64,000 nucleotides of DNA, from the NCBI RefSeq assembly GCF_001194135.2, contig NC_068999.1, positions 32,445,920-32,509,919 of the forward strand, read 5' to 3'. The DNA is from Octopus bimaculoides (Eukaryota). Within the stretch, counting starts at the first letter, position 1, and every line of letters starts with the position of its first letter. Below the pieces are notes generated by a model that saw nothing but the letters and a program-made list of their open reading frames with translations, was not told where the DNA came from and made no database searches. The position numbers were made by a program, and so were the translations under genes. Shown one piece after another: positions 40,401 to 53,582 of the stretch.

Positions 40401-41218
40401 CAAGCATGTCTGAGTGGACATGCAAACAAATATTGAAAGTTACAAATTGGTTGATGGAGCAGTGATTGTGAAAAGGTGTGTTTCTGACTGTAATGTGTGA
40501 TCTAGGAAGCTGTGTGATCTACGCAGGAATAATTAACTTCAATGTTATGTGATATGATGAGGTTACTGTATTTGAATAGAAGTGAGAAATGATGTTTTAT
40601 TAAAGTTTGAAACTTGCTATTTTTGTTTATAATGACTTATGTTGCACGTTGGATTAAACCAGAATGCTTTTCTGTTTTAGTTCTACTTACTGTTGTGTAT
40701 GTGTGTAGATTGGGGGAGGGGTTCTAATCCATCTAAAATAAATTTTCACTAAACCTGCTCCTATTACTTGTATGATTCAGGAGCCCCACCTCAGATAGTT
40801 TGGCCATGCTGCTTAATTTTCTGACTTATACCTTGCTTACTATGTTCTTTTCACTGAAGATCTGGCTGGGTTGATAGCTCATGTTAGTCAACCACATGCC
40901 ACATGGTCACAGCAGATGTGGAGGTATCTTGCAGAGATGGGGATTAACTGATTCATCCAGGAAGACCTGGGAATATACCAACAAATGAGGAATGCAACAA
41001 TGCACTGCAACACCACATGCTCCTAGATATTGCATAATTATAAAAGGAGACTGCCCAGTCCTAGACTAGCCACAAGATTCTTAATTATGGTTGAAATTAT
41101 ATGGATATAAAATCATATGACCAGTTTGAACCAATGACAAGTGACCTTCAAGTACATTTACAGAGATTACACTCTCTACTCTTTTTCATACCCACAATAT
41201 CATTTGAAGAATTTCAAG

Positions 41219-41245
<27 letters not shown>

Positions 41246-41249
<4 letters not shown>

Positions 41250-41306
41250 TCCAACCCATGCTAGCATGGAAAGCGGACGTTAAACGATGATGATGATGAT
41301 GATGAT
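41246..41306 (+). mobile_element. Extremely 5'-truncated young RTE 3' end inside a (TA)n tract
   Basis: (TA)n-tcgtccaacccatgctagcatggaaagcggacgttaaac(gat)n-(at)n. Confidence 0.85.
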
Positions 41307-41827
41307 ATATATATATGTGTGTGTGTGTGTGTGTAAGTCTGTGCAAAACTCTGAGGAACAATGGTATGATCCACTGACTTAGATGATTAAATCAATGGTG
41401 ACTCTGGCACTTGGGCTGTTCGGGCTTAGCCCAAATATAAATTTAGTAAAGTGAACATGTATTTGCAAGCTGATTTAATTTTTGCCAACACTGACTTCAA
41501 GTATGTAATTGCAGGCAATAATTCGGGCTACTTTCATTGAGCTTGGTCACAGTTCATTTATTTTTATTTAGCATCTGGTGGTCATCTTAGGATTTATATT
41601 CCAATCTATGAAAAGTTTCCATTCTACAATATTCTTAAAGGAAAGAAAAATTATCCAACAACTCGGGCTAATACAAATGAGCCTGATAGATGTAAAAGAT
41701 TAACTGGCATCTCTTGTCAGGAATACAGGTGACAATCAGATTGTCATTATTTCATTGCTGTTATTCTGTGCGTTTGTGTGTAAAGATCAGTTGTATTTTG
41801 CAAAGTTGCTTTATGTTTACCCTTAAC

Positions 41828-41879
41828 TTAGAAATGGAGAAAGACATTGTGCTAGATATAAAAAATAAGCCATTTGGGG
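41828..41879 (-). CDS. Candidate exon: PQMAYFLYLAQCLSPFL (phase 0 to 1)
   Basis: Very strong acceptor ttcacattttcctgctttatttctag; weak donor A/gttaag just before an in-frame stop. Confidence 0.35.
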
Positions 41880-41983
41880 CTAGAAATAAAGCAGGAAAAT
41901 GTGAAATTCTTCAAGCAGGCATGTCTCTTATGCAAAATCTGTGATGATCCTGAGTGACACTGATGACCTGGAATCGCCTCTGG

Positions 41984-42025
<42 letters not shown>

Positions 42026-42034
42026 CTGACATAC

Positions 42035-42092
42035 CTGGTAAATCCAGGAAAAGTGGGGCTTATCTCTTGGTTTTGTTCTCATAATTATTTCG
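42035..42092 (-). CDS. Candidate exon: EIIMRTKPRDKPHFSWIYQ (phase 2 upstream intron, ends phase 0)
   Basis: Acceptor tattgttgttactgtattag, donor CAG/gtatgt; a single open frame over 58 nt. Confidence 0.45.
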
Positions 42093-42654
42093 CTAATACA
42101 GTAACAACAATACAAAGTATGTAGCCTTTAAAATGGTTCTTGTGCATTTACAGAGAATACTGAACTGTCTTACAAAGGATCTTGTTTTTAGGAGTTCCCA
42201 ATAAGTTATGAATACCCAAATTGTGTAGTCGGTTACGTAATAGCATGAAATTAGTTACCCGATAGTAAGAATTCAAATAAAGTAGCCCCGAAACGGGCTT
42301 TAATGTGTTCCCAGAGTATATACAACTTAGGAGGAAATACCAATAAGGTATGTATACTAAAATTGTGAAGCATGTTACGTAATAACAGGCTAATCAGATA
42401 TTTGGTAATAACAATTCAAAGTAAATAATTCTGAAAAAGGCTTCTGTGCCTTGTCAGAGAATATTAACTTCAGGGGCGCTAGTGTTGAAATAGATTTACA
42501 ATGAATGTAGAAACAGACTGACATTTAATTTTACAGTAGACATACAAATAAATTTGCATATAGATTTAAAAATAAAATGTGTAGATTATCAATTCATTTA
42601 CAACACTTATAAATATTACAGTTAAATAATGAATGCCTGATGATTTGGTGAATC

Positions 42655-43274
42655 TTGTTAAGTTTGCAGAGCTTCTTGATATACATAATTTTTGGGCTTT
42701 CCTTGTCGGGCATAAATAAACAAATGATTAGAATTGCTGACTCTTGAGCATCCCACATAATGTTGGCCATGGGAGAAAACAGGTTCTGCAAGGTTCAGGC
42801 CTACCATGTTCAAGGACTGCCCCTGGGCCTTGTTAATGCTCATTGCAAAGCTCAGTTTCAATGGCAGTTGCAGGCACTTATACTGGAAAAACATATCCAA
42901 GGGGATAAGTGGAATTTTAGGAATGAATACAGGCTCACCACTTGCTTTACCAGTCAAAATTGTTGTCTCCAAAGCTGTTGGCATCATTTTCTTTATTATA
43001 AGTTGTGTGCCAAAGCAGCATAACTGGTGCCCCAATCTTCAGGTGCAAGTTGTGAGGTAGGAGGCCAGGTGGTGTTAGACTATTGAAGAATTCAACTGGA
43101 TAATTCATAGCTTCATCGATGTTGAGTACAGCGTCAATGGAATTGTAGATCTCTATTAAACTTCAATGAGCTTAATAACAAACTGGATGTTACTTTAGCA
43201 TGTTTGCAAAGTTTCACGAAAATTCATTAACAGTAATTTGACACAAACAAACAGACAATTTGCTTTTATATATG

Positions 43275-43290
<16 letters not shown>
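42655..43290 (-). mobile_element. Helitron deletion derivative: 5' end fused to the PIF1-like helicase C-terminus
   Basis: [25 protein letters not shown] (frameshift) ...[75 protein letters not shown], the canonical Helitron helicase motifs. Directly upstream lies the Helitron-like head atatataaaagcaaattgtctgtttgtttg. Confidence 0.9.
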
Positions 43291-43315
<25 letters not shown>

Positions 43316-43325
43316 NNNNNNNNNN

Positions 43326-43460
43326 GTGGTTCAGCAAAAGAGACTGATAGAATAAGTACAAAGCTTATAAAGAACAGGTCCTGGGGTTAATTTCTTCGAC
43401 TAAAAAACCCTTTAAGGTGGTACTTCAGCATGACTGCAGTCAAATGACTGAAACAAGTAA
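43326..43460 (+). mobile_element. SINE S1 3' half (5' part lost at the gap)
   Basis: ggttcagcaaaagagactgatagaataagtac...gtcaaatgactgaaacaagtaa. Confidence 0.85.
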
Positions 43461-43475
43461 TATATATATATATAT

Positions 43476-43555
43476 CAGTCCTCAGTCAAATCGTCCAACC
43501 CATGCTAGCATGGAAGGCGGACGTTAAACGATGATGATGATGATGATGATGATGA
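43476..43555 (+). mobile_element. Extremely 5'-truncated young RTE 3' end following a (TA)n tract
   Basis: (TA)n-cagtcctcagtcaaatcgtccaacccatgctagcatggaaggcggacgttaaac(gat)n. Confidence 0.85.
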
Positions 43556-44110
43556 ATGTATGACTAACAGGTTTGATAGTTTTTCTGCCATGGTCCTTCA
43601 ACAATTTAGCTTTGATTTTTGCTTCAGTTTTCTTTTCTTTCTTTTTTTTTTTTGTGACAAATGGATGTTATAATTTTGTTAAGAATCATAGTAAAAGTGG
43701 TTGAAATTTATGTGGTCTATGCTACCATAGGAAAATGATCACGGCAATACACATCCACAGGCATGTATATACATGTATGCATACATATGCACATCCACCT
43801 ATCCTTTCACATGCCTTTCTACATATACACAAATACGCATAAATTACAGTAAACAAATCCATGTGAAATTCTCTCCCGTAACAGCTGACTCAGTGAAATT
43901 GTATTCTAATATGGTTAGATTTAGTTTACTGCTTTTTTTTTTGTTGTGAGTAGAACAGGACTCTGTATATTTACATCCATATGTAAGATAATCTTCATCT
44001 TTCAGGGTATTTGATTTAAGTATTCTTTTCACTAAATATACATTAGGGTCAAATTCTGTTTTACTCTTTCTCTCCCTGTCTTTCTCTGTTTCAATGCATC
44101 TGTGCATCTC

Positions 44111-44158
<48 letters not shown>

Positions 44159-45949
44159 CCAGATTTAATTTTCAGTTTTAAAACTATTCCAGTTACAAAA
44201 CCCCAGAACATTAATACACTAAATAGTTCCAATGTAATATTCATCATCATTATCATCTTCATCATCATAAATTTTCTCTCATTTATCTAATCATCGCACT
44301 CCCACAAAGAATTTTGTCCAATTACATTCTTTTTGAAGTATGAAGGAACATGTTAGATTAAACTAATAAACTGTAGAAATTCCTTTTGGCTTTTATTGTT
44401 TCTTACATTTACCAAAGTATCAGCTCTGTTCAGCTGCCCCCACTGGAACAAAGTGGAAGCTATAATCACATTCGCAACTAATCAGCTCAATGTAATCTTC
44501 AATAAATTTCTTCTTTTGAACTTTTTCACTTATTCAAATCAATTTGGAGCTCTTTTGTTGAACCTAAGTATTTCTTCATCAATTACTTGATTAACTTTTT
44601 ATCATTGGAATGGTCTTTTTGAATGTTGCATGATGTTTGCTTAAAGATTGTTTGATTTCTCTCTCTTTAATTGCTCACCAAATTCATTTGCATTTCTGTC
44701 TGTTGTTCCCTACCACTCTCATCAATATTCTTATCATGATAATGAAGACAATTCTGTGATGGTAATGATGCTAAAAAAGAAAGAAAACTGTATATAATTG
44801 ATAGTATGAAAAAAAAAAAAAAAAAAAAAANNNNNNNNNNNNNNNNNNNNNNNNNNNNNNNNNNNNNNNNNNNNNNNNNNNNNNNNNNNNNNNNNNNNNN
44901 NNNNNNNNNNNNNNNNNNNNNNNNNNNNNNNNNNNNNNNNNNNNNNNNNNNNNNNNNNNNNNNNNNNNNNNNNNNNNNNNNNNNNNNNNNNNNNNNNNNN
45001 NNNNNNNNNNNNNNNNNNNNNNNNNNNNNNNNNNNNNNNNNNNNNNNNNNNNNNNNNNNNNNNNNNNNNNNNNNNNNNNNNNNNNNNNNNNNNNNNNNNN
45101 NNNNNNNNNNNNNNNNNNNNNNNNNNNNNNNNNNNNNNNNNNNNNNNNNNNNNNNNNNNNNNNNNNNNNNNNNNNNNNNNNNNNNNNNNNNNNNNNNNNN
45201 NNNNNNNNNNNNNNACAGGTAGAGCTGTTAGAATGCTGCATGGTATTTATTCTGGGTCACTGTGTTCTGGATTCAGACATGTCTGAGAATGGTCAACAAT
45301 TCCATTTATATACACACTGGAATATTTACTTTTTGATTTCACATTAAACTTAATGTGGAGCATTAATGTTCTTTTACTAAAGAAAATGAGAAGAAAAAAG
45401 ATTGCTGGGTAGAAATTACTCAACTTCAAGGGTGTGAAATGGTATAATGACAAAAAAAATTTGATTTTTTTTTTTTTATAAGAATTAAGTAAATCATAAT
45501 TTTAAATGATTTTGTATAATGTTTATTTTCATTGCAGTTTGGGACCAAATTGTAGTTCTTATACTCATAGTATCTGATTTTATTTAAATCATTTCCCATG
45601 TGAACAGACCTCGGTTGTTGAGCAAATGAGATACCTGTAAGGAATGGTGGTTTACCCAAACATTTTGGTTATCATTTAACCTAAAACCAAATTCTACTAT
45701 ATTTAATATTCTTCATTCCTAGATTTCAACTCTAATTAAACTTCATTATATTTATATTTTATTCTGTGAGTCTTTGGTTATCCATATTAAAATTACTTTC
45801 GTAAAGAAACACAATAATAAACCATGGCTTTTCTATCCAACATACACTGCTGCATAAAATATTATCTCTGTTTTCTGATCAGAAGCTTTTCTGATTAGTT
45901 TGTTTATAATTACTATAATTTGGTTCCTGTTAGAGATACCGCAGTATCT

Positions 45950-46305
45950 TTTTTCTGTCATTAAGCTGCGGTCATGCTGGGGCACAGCCTTGGAAAATTT
46001 TAGTTGATCAAATCAACCCCAGCACTTATTATTTTAGAAGCCTTGTACTTATTCTATTGGTCACTTTTGCCAAACCGATAAGTTACAGAGATGTAAACTT
46101 ACCAACATCGGTTGTGAAGTGGTGGTCGTGGACAAGCACACACAGTCACACAAATATACGACAAGCTTCTTTCAGTTTCTTTCTATCAAATCCACTCAGG
46201 GCTTTGGTTGGCTTGAGGCTACAATGGAAGACACTTGCCCGAGGTGTCACATAATGGGACTGAAGCCACAACCATGTGGTTAGGAAGCAAACTTCTTACC
46301 ACATA
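45950..46305 (-). mobile_element. SINE family S1
   Basis: Family head, centre and tail on the reverse strand. Confidence 0.85.
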
Positions 46306-46311
46306 CACATA

Positions 46312-46470
46312 AAGCATGCACTATCTCGAAGCGTCAAGATTTTGATCATGTGATTGTTTATTTTTACAATATCATTATAGGGTAGGTGTGAAGTGCTAGA
46401 CCATGCCAGTTTTAATATAAAAGCTAGACTATTTGGTCTGGATCTGGCTGGTTTAAATTTTAAAGGGTTG
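46312..46470 (+). mobile_element. TTAA MITE family A, 3' part
   Basis: gattttgatcatgtgattgtttattttt...ggtttaaattttaaagggttg. Confidence 0.7.
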
Positions 46471-49114
46471 AAGACGTATCAGCTCTGATCAAGGGTTGAC
46501 TTATGAGCAGAGGTGTTCCAGCTGTGAATGATCCTGTTCTTTTGTATATTTAATACTACATTTTCTGGTTGTATTCTTCCTATTTTTAAGACAGTGTGAT
46601 TTGAAAGTCACCACTGAGGAACATCTTCATTCTTCCAGTATATATCAGTTGGCATGATTTGAGAATGACCACATAGGAACTCTGTCATTCTTCCAATATA
46701 TATGAATCAGTTGTCTCCAACAACTTTACCTTGGCAGTAGACTCCATTTTCTGTGGTTCCTCTTTAAGAAAGTTCAGCATTGATTCTTAAAAATAATTTC
46801 TGTGTATTCCAAAATATTATCTTCAGCAAGCCTGATATTCCTTCTACAAGAACATTATTGATTATAATTGACTTAGATCCCTACAGCAATTGTAGTTGCT
46901 ATAGTCGTACACATTCTTTTATCTAACTATACTGGTAAAATGTTCCTGTATAACTGTACTAAGGTTGACCCAGGGGGACAGTGAAACTGACCCCTTCATA
47001 GAAAAAACAGTATACAATTGAGAGCTAATTACTTCAACAATAGTTTATAGTGATAAATTTATTGGAAATTTCTGTTTTTTATGACAAAATGTCTTTAACA
47101 TCTAACTTGCTCCTTGATCTCTCAGGTTTTTTGCCTTCTCTTTTAAAAGATGTTTAGAGACTAATTGTTTCACTGAAATGTTCGACTTTAGAATCAAGAA
47201 AAACAATTTAATATTCATATTTTTCTCTTATATGGAATGTAGTAATAGTTACAAGATAAGTGTGCTTTAAGAAAAGGTTAGTGAAACAATACTTTCTTTA
47301 GATAACATCGATTTTTATAAAACTTCTTATTCCCAGAAATTGTGAAATTTCTTATATTTTTACTTTGTTCTTTGGAAGGTTTATTTTCTATTGGTTTTTA
47401 AGCTATTTTTTAGAACTCTTTACTTGAACAGTTCTCTCAGATTCTTAAATAGATTGAAATATTTCATGTAGGTTGTTTTTTTGTTTTATTCATATTGAAG
47501 GGGAAAAAATGAAAATATGAGCGACTGATGTCATGCTATCTTTAATAGGTCATTAGGCCACCATTGACAACTTTGTCCTTTTGTCATGAAGTCTGGTTAC
47601 TACAGCTGAAGATACAGGTCTTAAGTAAAATAAAACTGTGAAAGAATCATCTCAAAAGACTCCTACTATCTCTGTAGCTTTCTTAATTCCACTTTTTGTG
47701 AAAGAAAACAACCAAAGATTTCCCCTGTCTATTATTTAGAACTATAATAGAATTGGTGATGGGAATAAAACCCCAGTTATTTTGAAACTTTTTGTGAGAA
47801 ACAAGAGCTTAAAACTTTTGAAAAATTTTGCCCCTAGGTTTTCCATGTCAAGACATCACTATGGTATGAACATTGGAGAGTATCAATTTAATGAAAGAAT
47901 GGCTTTAAAAGATTCCTGAAGTCAGTGTAATGGCTGGTTTTTTACCATTCAGCAGTTCAATGTCCTGATGTAGCATTAATGTTTTGCTGATTTCCTAAGG
48001 ATTGTTAAACTTCTTTTTCTTGGTTATTCCAGAGTTTCACAATACATCTTTGGTTCTCTAAAAGAGCTTCAGACATTTTCACTGGATATAGAATAGTGTG
48101 TAAATATTTGGGCATGTACACATCTGTTGTTATTCTTGTACTTAATGGAACTGGCATTCAAAGTTTAAGAATTCTGTTAGCCTATTATTAACATTCTTGG
48201 TAATAGTGGTCTCTTTTATTGATTTCTAACATTAACATAAACCTACATAAATGTAAAAAGCTATTTTTAATTAGTCCTGGTTTTTGACTGGTATTTCAGT
48301 ATATTAGACTTCAATTGTGCTCCAATTATTTTTTTTATGTCTTAGGCAGGAAAAGGATGCATCCATGACTCATTTAAGGATCTCAAAACTGTTGGGAGGA
48401 ACTCATCTTCCAGCCAGAGATTTGGCTTGAATATTTGCAATAGAGTGGACCTTGTTAAAAAGACACTCATAGACCAGCTGGTGACAGGCGGTGGGGGAAG
48501 GTTTTAAACCAGATGATAGATTAAGGCTATTACCCAAAGTTCCTGTCTACCAAATTTCACTATCAAAGCTTTGGTTGACTTGGGAGGGTGTAGTAGAAAA
48601 CACTTCACCAGAATATCATGTTGTGGGATAGAACCTGAAAGCATGCATTTTCAAAAAAAACTTAAGTCACACAACCATCAATGATCACAGAATCTCAAAA
48701 CTAAACACAGGGGTATATAACCAAATATGTTTCAGTATTTACTCCAATGTTTTATTATTTCTTGTAGTAATTCCTTGTATTGATTGAATACATAAATTTG
48801 TGGAGAAAGGTTGCAGACTGTCAGCAATACATTACTCCTGGTATTTAGTTGACCCAAAGGGATAAAGTCAACTTCAGCTGTATTTGAACACAGAATGTAC
48901 TGGATGAGGTGAAGGAATAGATCTTGTAAGTTCATTAGTTTGGCACAGTACATAATAGTCTGTCTAGCACAAGATATCAGATTCATAAGGAAAGAGAAAT
49001 GAAATTGCATGACATTCATTCCTTTCTCACAATCATTTGGGAAATGATGACATAATTATAACCAGGAAATGGAAACCTGTTAACTTCATTTATTGGGCAT
49101 ATACCATAGGCACA

Positions 49115-49488
49115 AGTGTGGCTGTGTGATAAGAAGCTTGCTTCCCAACCACACAGTTCTCGGTTCAGTTCTACTGCATGACACCTTGGACAAGTGTCTT
49201 CTACTATAGCCTCAGGCTGACCAAACCCTTGTGAGTGGATTTGATAGACAGAAACTGAAAGAAGCCTAACGTCCATCATGTATGTGTGTCTTTGTACCCC
49301 ATCACTGCTTGACTGTTGGTGTGTTTGCAACCCCTTTAGCTTTAGCAATTCGGCAATAGAGACTGATAGATTTAGTATCAAGCTCGAAAAAATGTACCGG
49401 GGTTGATTCATTTGACTCAAAACCCTTCACAGTGATGCCCCAGCATGGCTGCAGTCTAATGACTGAAATGAGTAAAAGATGAAAGATA
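49115..49488 (+). mobile_element. SINE family S1
   Basis: gtggctgtgtgataagaagcttgcttcccaaccac...gtctaatgactgaaatgagtaaaagatgaaag. Confidence 0.9.
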
Positions 49489-50063
49489 TGTCTGCCCTAT
49501 AAGATGTATTTCTACTCTGTAGTGCAGAACTCTGCTCTTTAGTATTGGCCTTTACTTTGTAGTGCAGGCTTCTGTGCTATAATGCCAGCCACTTTTCTTG
49601 TATAGACGTTTGCTTTATAGTGCAGTCCTCTGTTCATGACATATGTTGCTGCTGATCTCTTATTACATAGTGAAATAGCAGAATCCAAGGAAGCTGTGAG
49701 TGGTCTGATTTAGCAAAATGTAATTAATACAAAACGTTCAAACTCTGTGGAATATATTTATGTTTGAGAGAGAGAGAGAGAAAACATCTAATAGATGTGA
49801 CATAATTTGATAGGGAAGTTCTCCAAGGGGAGCAATAACAACTAATTTAGGATTAGGGTTTGATAGGGGAAGGCTGTTAGATGACCAGGGTCCATTAATG
49901 TGAGACTAGTATTACATAGAGAAATCAGTAGACAGGAAATTGTTGTTCAGCCCCAGGTCAACTTTTATCAAGTAAACCTTTGATCAAAAGGCAATCCAAC
50001 CGTGACCATCCCACCTTCTTAGGAGTGTCTGGGATTATTGTATAGTGTGATATGGCTTTTACT

Positions 50064-50291
50064 TTGACCCTTTAGCCTTCAGATTACTCTGTGAAATGTA
50101 GTGCGTATTTATTTAATATTGTTTTGAATTAACCATACATTATCTCATAGTTTTGAAATTTTGATGATGTGGTTGTATATTTTTAGAATGACAATGTAGG
50201 TAGGCATGATAAGCCAGATCTGGCTGGTTTGAACATAAAACAGGTAGAATATTTTGGCCGGATATGGCCAGTTTAAATGCTAAATGGTTAA
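50064..50291 (+). mobile_element. TTAA MITE family A
   Basis: ttga-ccctttagccttcagattactc...tttaaatgctaaatgg-ttaa. Confidence 0.85.
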
Positions 50292-50509
50292 GACATAAGG
50301 ATGTGATTTGAAGAAATTGCATTGCTATTTCTAGTAAAGTGAGTGACCACAAACAGGCTCCGTTGACTTAATTGGTTGGAAATAATGTTTATTGTGGGTT
50401 GTAGCAAATGAACTGATTGTGTAAGTGTAGCCTTGTGTAAATCTTGACAAAGTGGCATGAGGTTAGACTGCAGTGTACTGAGTAAATTCTTACTCAACTT
50501 ATCTTTTTT

Positions 50510-50681
50510 CTTTTAATTGTTTTAGTCATTAGACTGTGGCCATGCTGGGGCAGAATTTATAGTTGAAGTAATCGACCCCAGTACCTATTTTTTTGTCAAA
50601 CCTGGTATTTATTCTATTGCCGAATTGCTAAGTTTTGGGATGTAAATACACCAATACCGGTTGTAAAGTAGTGGTGGGACA

Positions 50682-50716
<35 letters not shown>

Positions 50717-50843
50717 TAGGTTTCTTTCACTTTCCATCTACCAAATCTAGTCACAGTGCTCTGATCGGCCAGAGGCTATAATTGAAGACACTTGCCCAAG
50801 GTGCCAAGTGGTTGGGAAGCAAGCTTCTTGCCACACAGCCACA
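50510..50843 (-). mobile_element. SINE family S1
   Basis: Family head and tail on the reverse strand with internal (CA)n. Confidence 0.85.
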
Positions 50844-51852
50844 TCTGCAGATACCAATACTGCTATGATACATGGTGCAGCCTGTTGTCAACTAGAGTTT
50901 CCAGCTCTCAACTAAACTCTAACATTGATACTGTCTTCTTGTAGCAACTACACCACACAGACACACATACGTTGCAGCAGTGGAAAGTGCAAAGCAATGG
51001 CACTGTGATGTTGTTGCTGTTGTTTCTGAAGGTTGCTGTCAGCTGCAACAATATCTGCAGTAAACAAATGTTTCTCTGCTATATGCACTTAGTTTTCTCA
51101 TGTTGGGAGCTGGGAATATTTTCATTGTTTTACATTATATTAAAGCAATTCACTGCTGTAATTTTACTTCATCACAGACTGTGCAGAGTTTAGCTTTTGT
51201 GTTCTCTATACTGTATTATTATCATTTGCAACAGCAGCAATATGATCTCAGCTATGATATATTATGCATTGCTCTTTCCATAATCGTCATCACCATTATT
51301 GTGATATATTTTAGTTTAACTCTATTGTTTATCACTGTCATCCTCACCACCATTATCCCTGCCTTTCCTAATACCACCATCATCATTGCCCTCATCATGT
51401 TACATTGTAATTATATTATCTGTTGATGTCTTGATTATTGTCATCATTAACTTATCACCATTGAGATATAACTTAAGCCAGCTGTATTTATTATTGTTTC
51501 CATAATAACCATTACTTCCATAATAGTCATCATCATCCCATTATACTGCTTTATTAGCTCTCTCACCCTCTCTGCATGTGTTATTGTAATATATAGACCC
51601 TTGTTGTATAGAAGATACCTTGTAGTATTTGTTCCGAGTCCTATCTTCTGAATTCAGATCCTGCCTTGGTCAACTTTACCATTTATCCTTCTTCACTCAA
51701 TAAAACTGAATACCAGATAAATATTGAGGTCAAGTAGCACCCCCTCCACCACCACCAGCCAAACCCAAAGTACTGAGTTCAAATCCTTCTGAAATTAACT
51801 TACCTTTTCATTCTTCCAGAGAAACAAAATACCAGTAAAATACTGGGTCAAT

Positions 51853-52072
51853 TTAACCCCTTAGCATTCAGAATACTCTGTTAAATGTAACATTTATTCT
51901 TGTTGTTTTTAATTAATCATGCATTACCTTGTAGCTTTAAGATTTTGATGATGTGACTATTTCTGTAATGACATTGTAGGGTAGGTGTGAGAGGTCACAT
52001 ATGGTCAGTCTAAACATAAAATAGGTAGAATATTTGGGCCAGATATTGCTGATTTCAATGCTAAAGGGTTAA
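51853..52072 (+). mobile_element. TTAA MITE family A
   Basis: ttaa-ccccttagcattcag...aatgctaaaggg-ttaa. Confidence 0.9.
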
Positions 52073-53582
52073 CTGGCTCTTCTCTCCCTGTGCACCAAAG
52101 CCCAGAATATCAGTTGTTTTCACTTTCAGTGTTGTTCTCTCTCTATTAATGGAAGTTAATTTTCCTTTACCTCTCACAAAGAGTCAGCCATACCTTATTT
52201 CTTTTCTCCCCATAGATAATAGCTTTATATTGTTTATTACTTTTAGCAGATGACTGGTCTTAACCTTCCTATTCACTACACACCAGCAGTTTTTAGTCCT
52301 GATTTTTTTCTGATGGAAATGTTACATTAAAGGCACATCAGAAAAAATCCAGAAGATTTGTGAATAACCTTGTATAGTGGATACTGTGGAATGGAAAGTC
52401 TATGAATGTCCAAGGTATGGTTCCTTCATCCTGACAGAAACCATAGAAAAACTGCAAATTAAGATGCGATAAAAACCTACAAACATTTCATATTATAAAA
52501 TTCCATGTTTCATTTGAACTTAAGTATTCCAAAATAATTTTCTTCAATCAAATTGTCCAAGCCACCTTGACTTAAATGGCACACAAACTTTATTTGCAGA
52601 GAATAATGACTAGAGAATATATAGTAACAATAGTAGTGATGGTAGTAGTAATTTGGTAGAGGGATGTGTTTTTGTAAAAGTATAAAATCTGAATAATCTT
52701 TTATAGCAGTATGTATATACGCTTGGGAAGATTGTGTGCATGTAAAGAATTATGGATGTTATATGTATATCCTTGTATATGTTTGACCTTAGGTCGTTTC
52801 TCTTCCAAAAGATCAGTGAGCAAAGATTTTCCATCTGTGACCATTGCAGCACATCATGTAATGTGTCAGTACTTTTATAAACCAATTGCATGTAATATAG
52901 GGGACGTTTGGCAGTTATCTTTAGCAAGGCAAACTACCACATAGTGGTTCTGTAGTTCCTTAGTTTGAATAGTTTTGATGGATGAATATACAACAAGGAT
53001 TTTAATAATCATGTGCATATATCTCAAGAAATTTGATGATGAAATGTGTAAATCTGAAAAACAGTCTTAGTCATAATGGATATTTCAGGAATTGTGATAA
53101 TTATCAGCATTCTTTAAATATATACACAGCTGAGTGTATATTTGAATAATTTTGACTCTATCTTCTGAACTACTTCATGCACATGCACGCACGCACACAC
53201 ACACACAAAATATAATATAGTTTGTCTGTCAAATGCATCAATAGTCTCCTCTCTTGTTTTCTCATTGGTTATTTTGTACTGTTATTATGATAATATCTCT
53301 GTAATTGATATGTGTAATATATATGTAGATCCATACACATAATCCTAACTTACGCATGTTTTTCCATGCTTGCATGGGTTGGGCACCCTTTCTTTACTAG
53401 GTAGACAATATGGAATTTTCTATCCACTCCTTTTGTTTATATTCAGCACGACCACTTCCTGGTTGGCATATATCTTATTTTCTTCTAATCAAAACTCATG
53501 TCTTGGTTAGTTTTACTTGGATGCCTCTCAACTCTGGGTTCTTTCATGTTCAGAATTTCTTTCACAAATTTTGGGTATTGGT

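Noticed and set aside
42470-42490. CTAG at ~42480 or hairpin at ~42283 as the Helitron 3' end
   Set aside because: The hairpin and CTRR are not in the required spacing, so the 3' boundary is left undefined.
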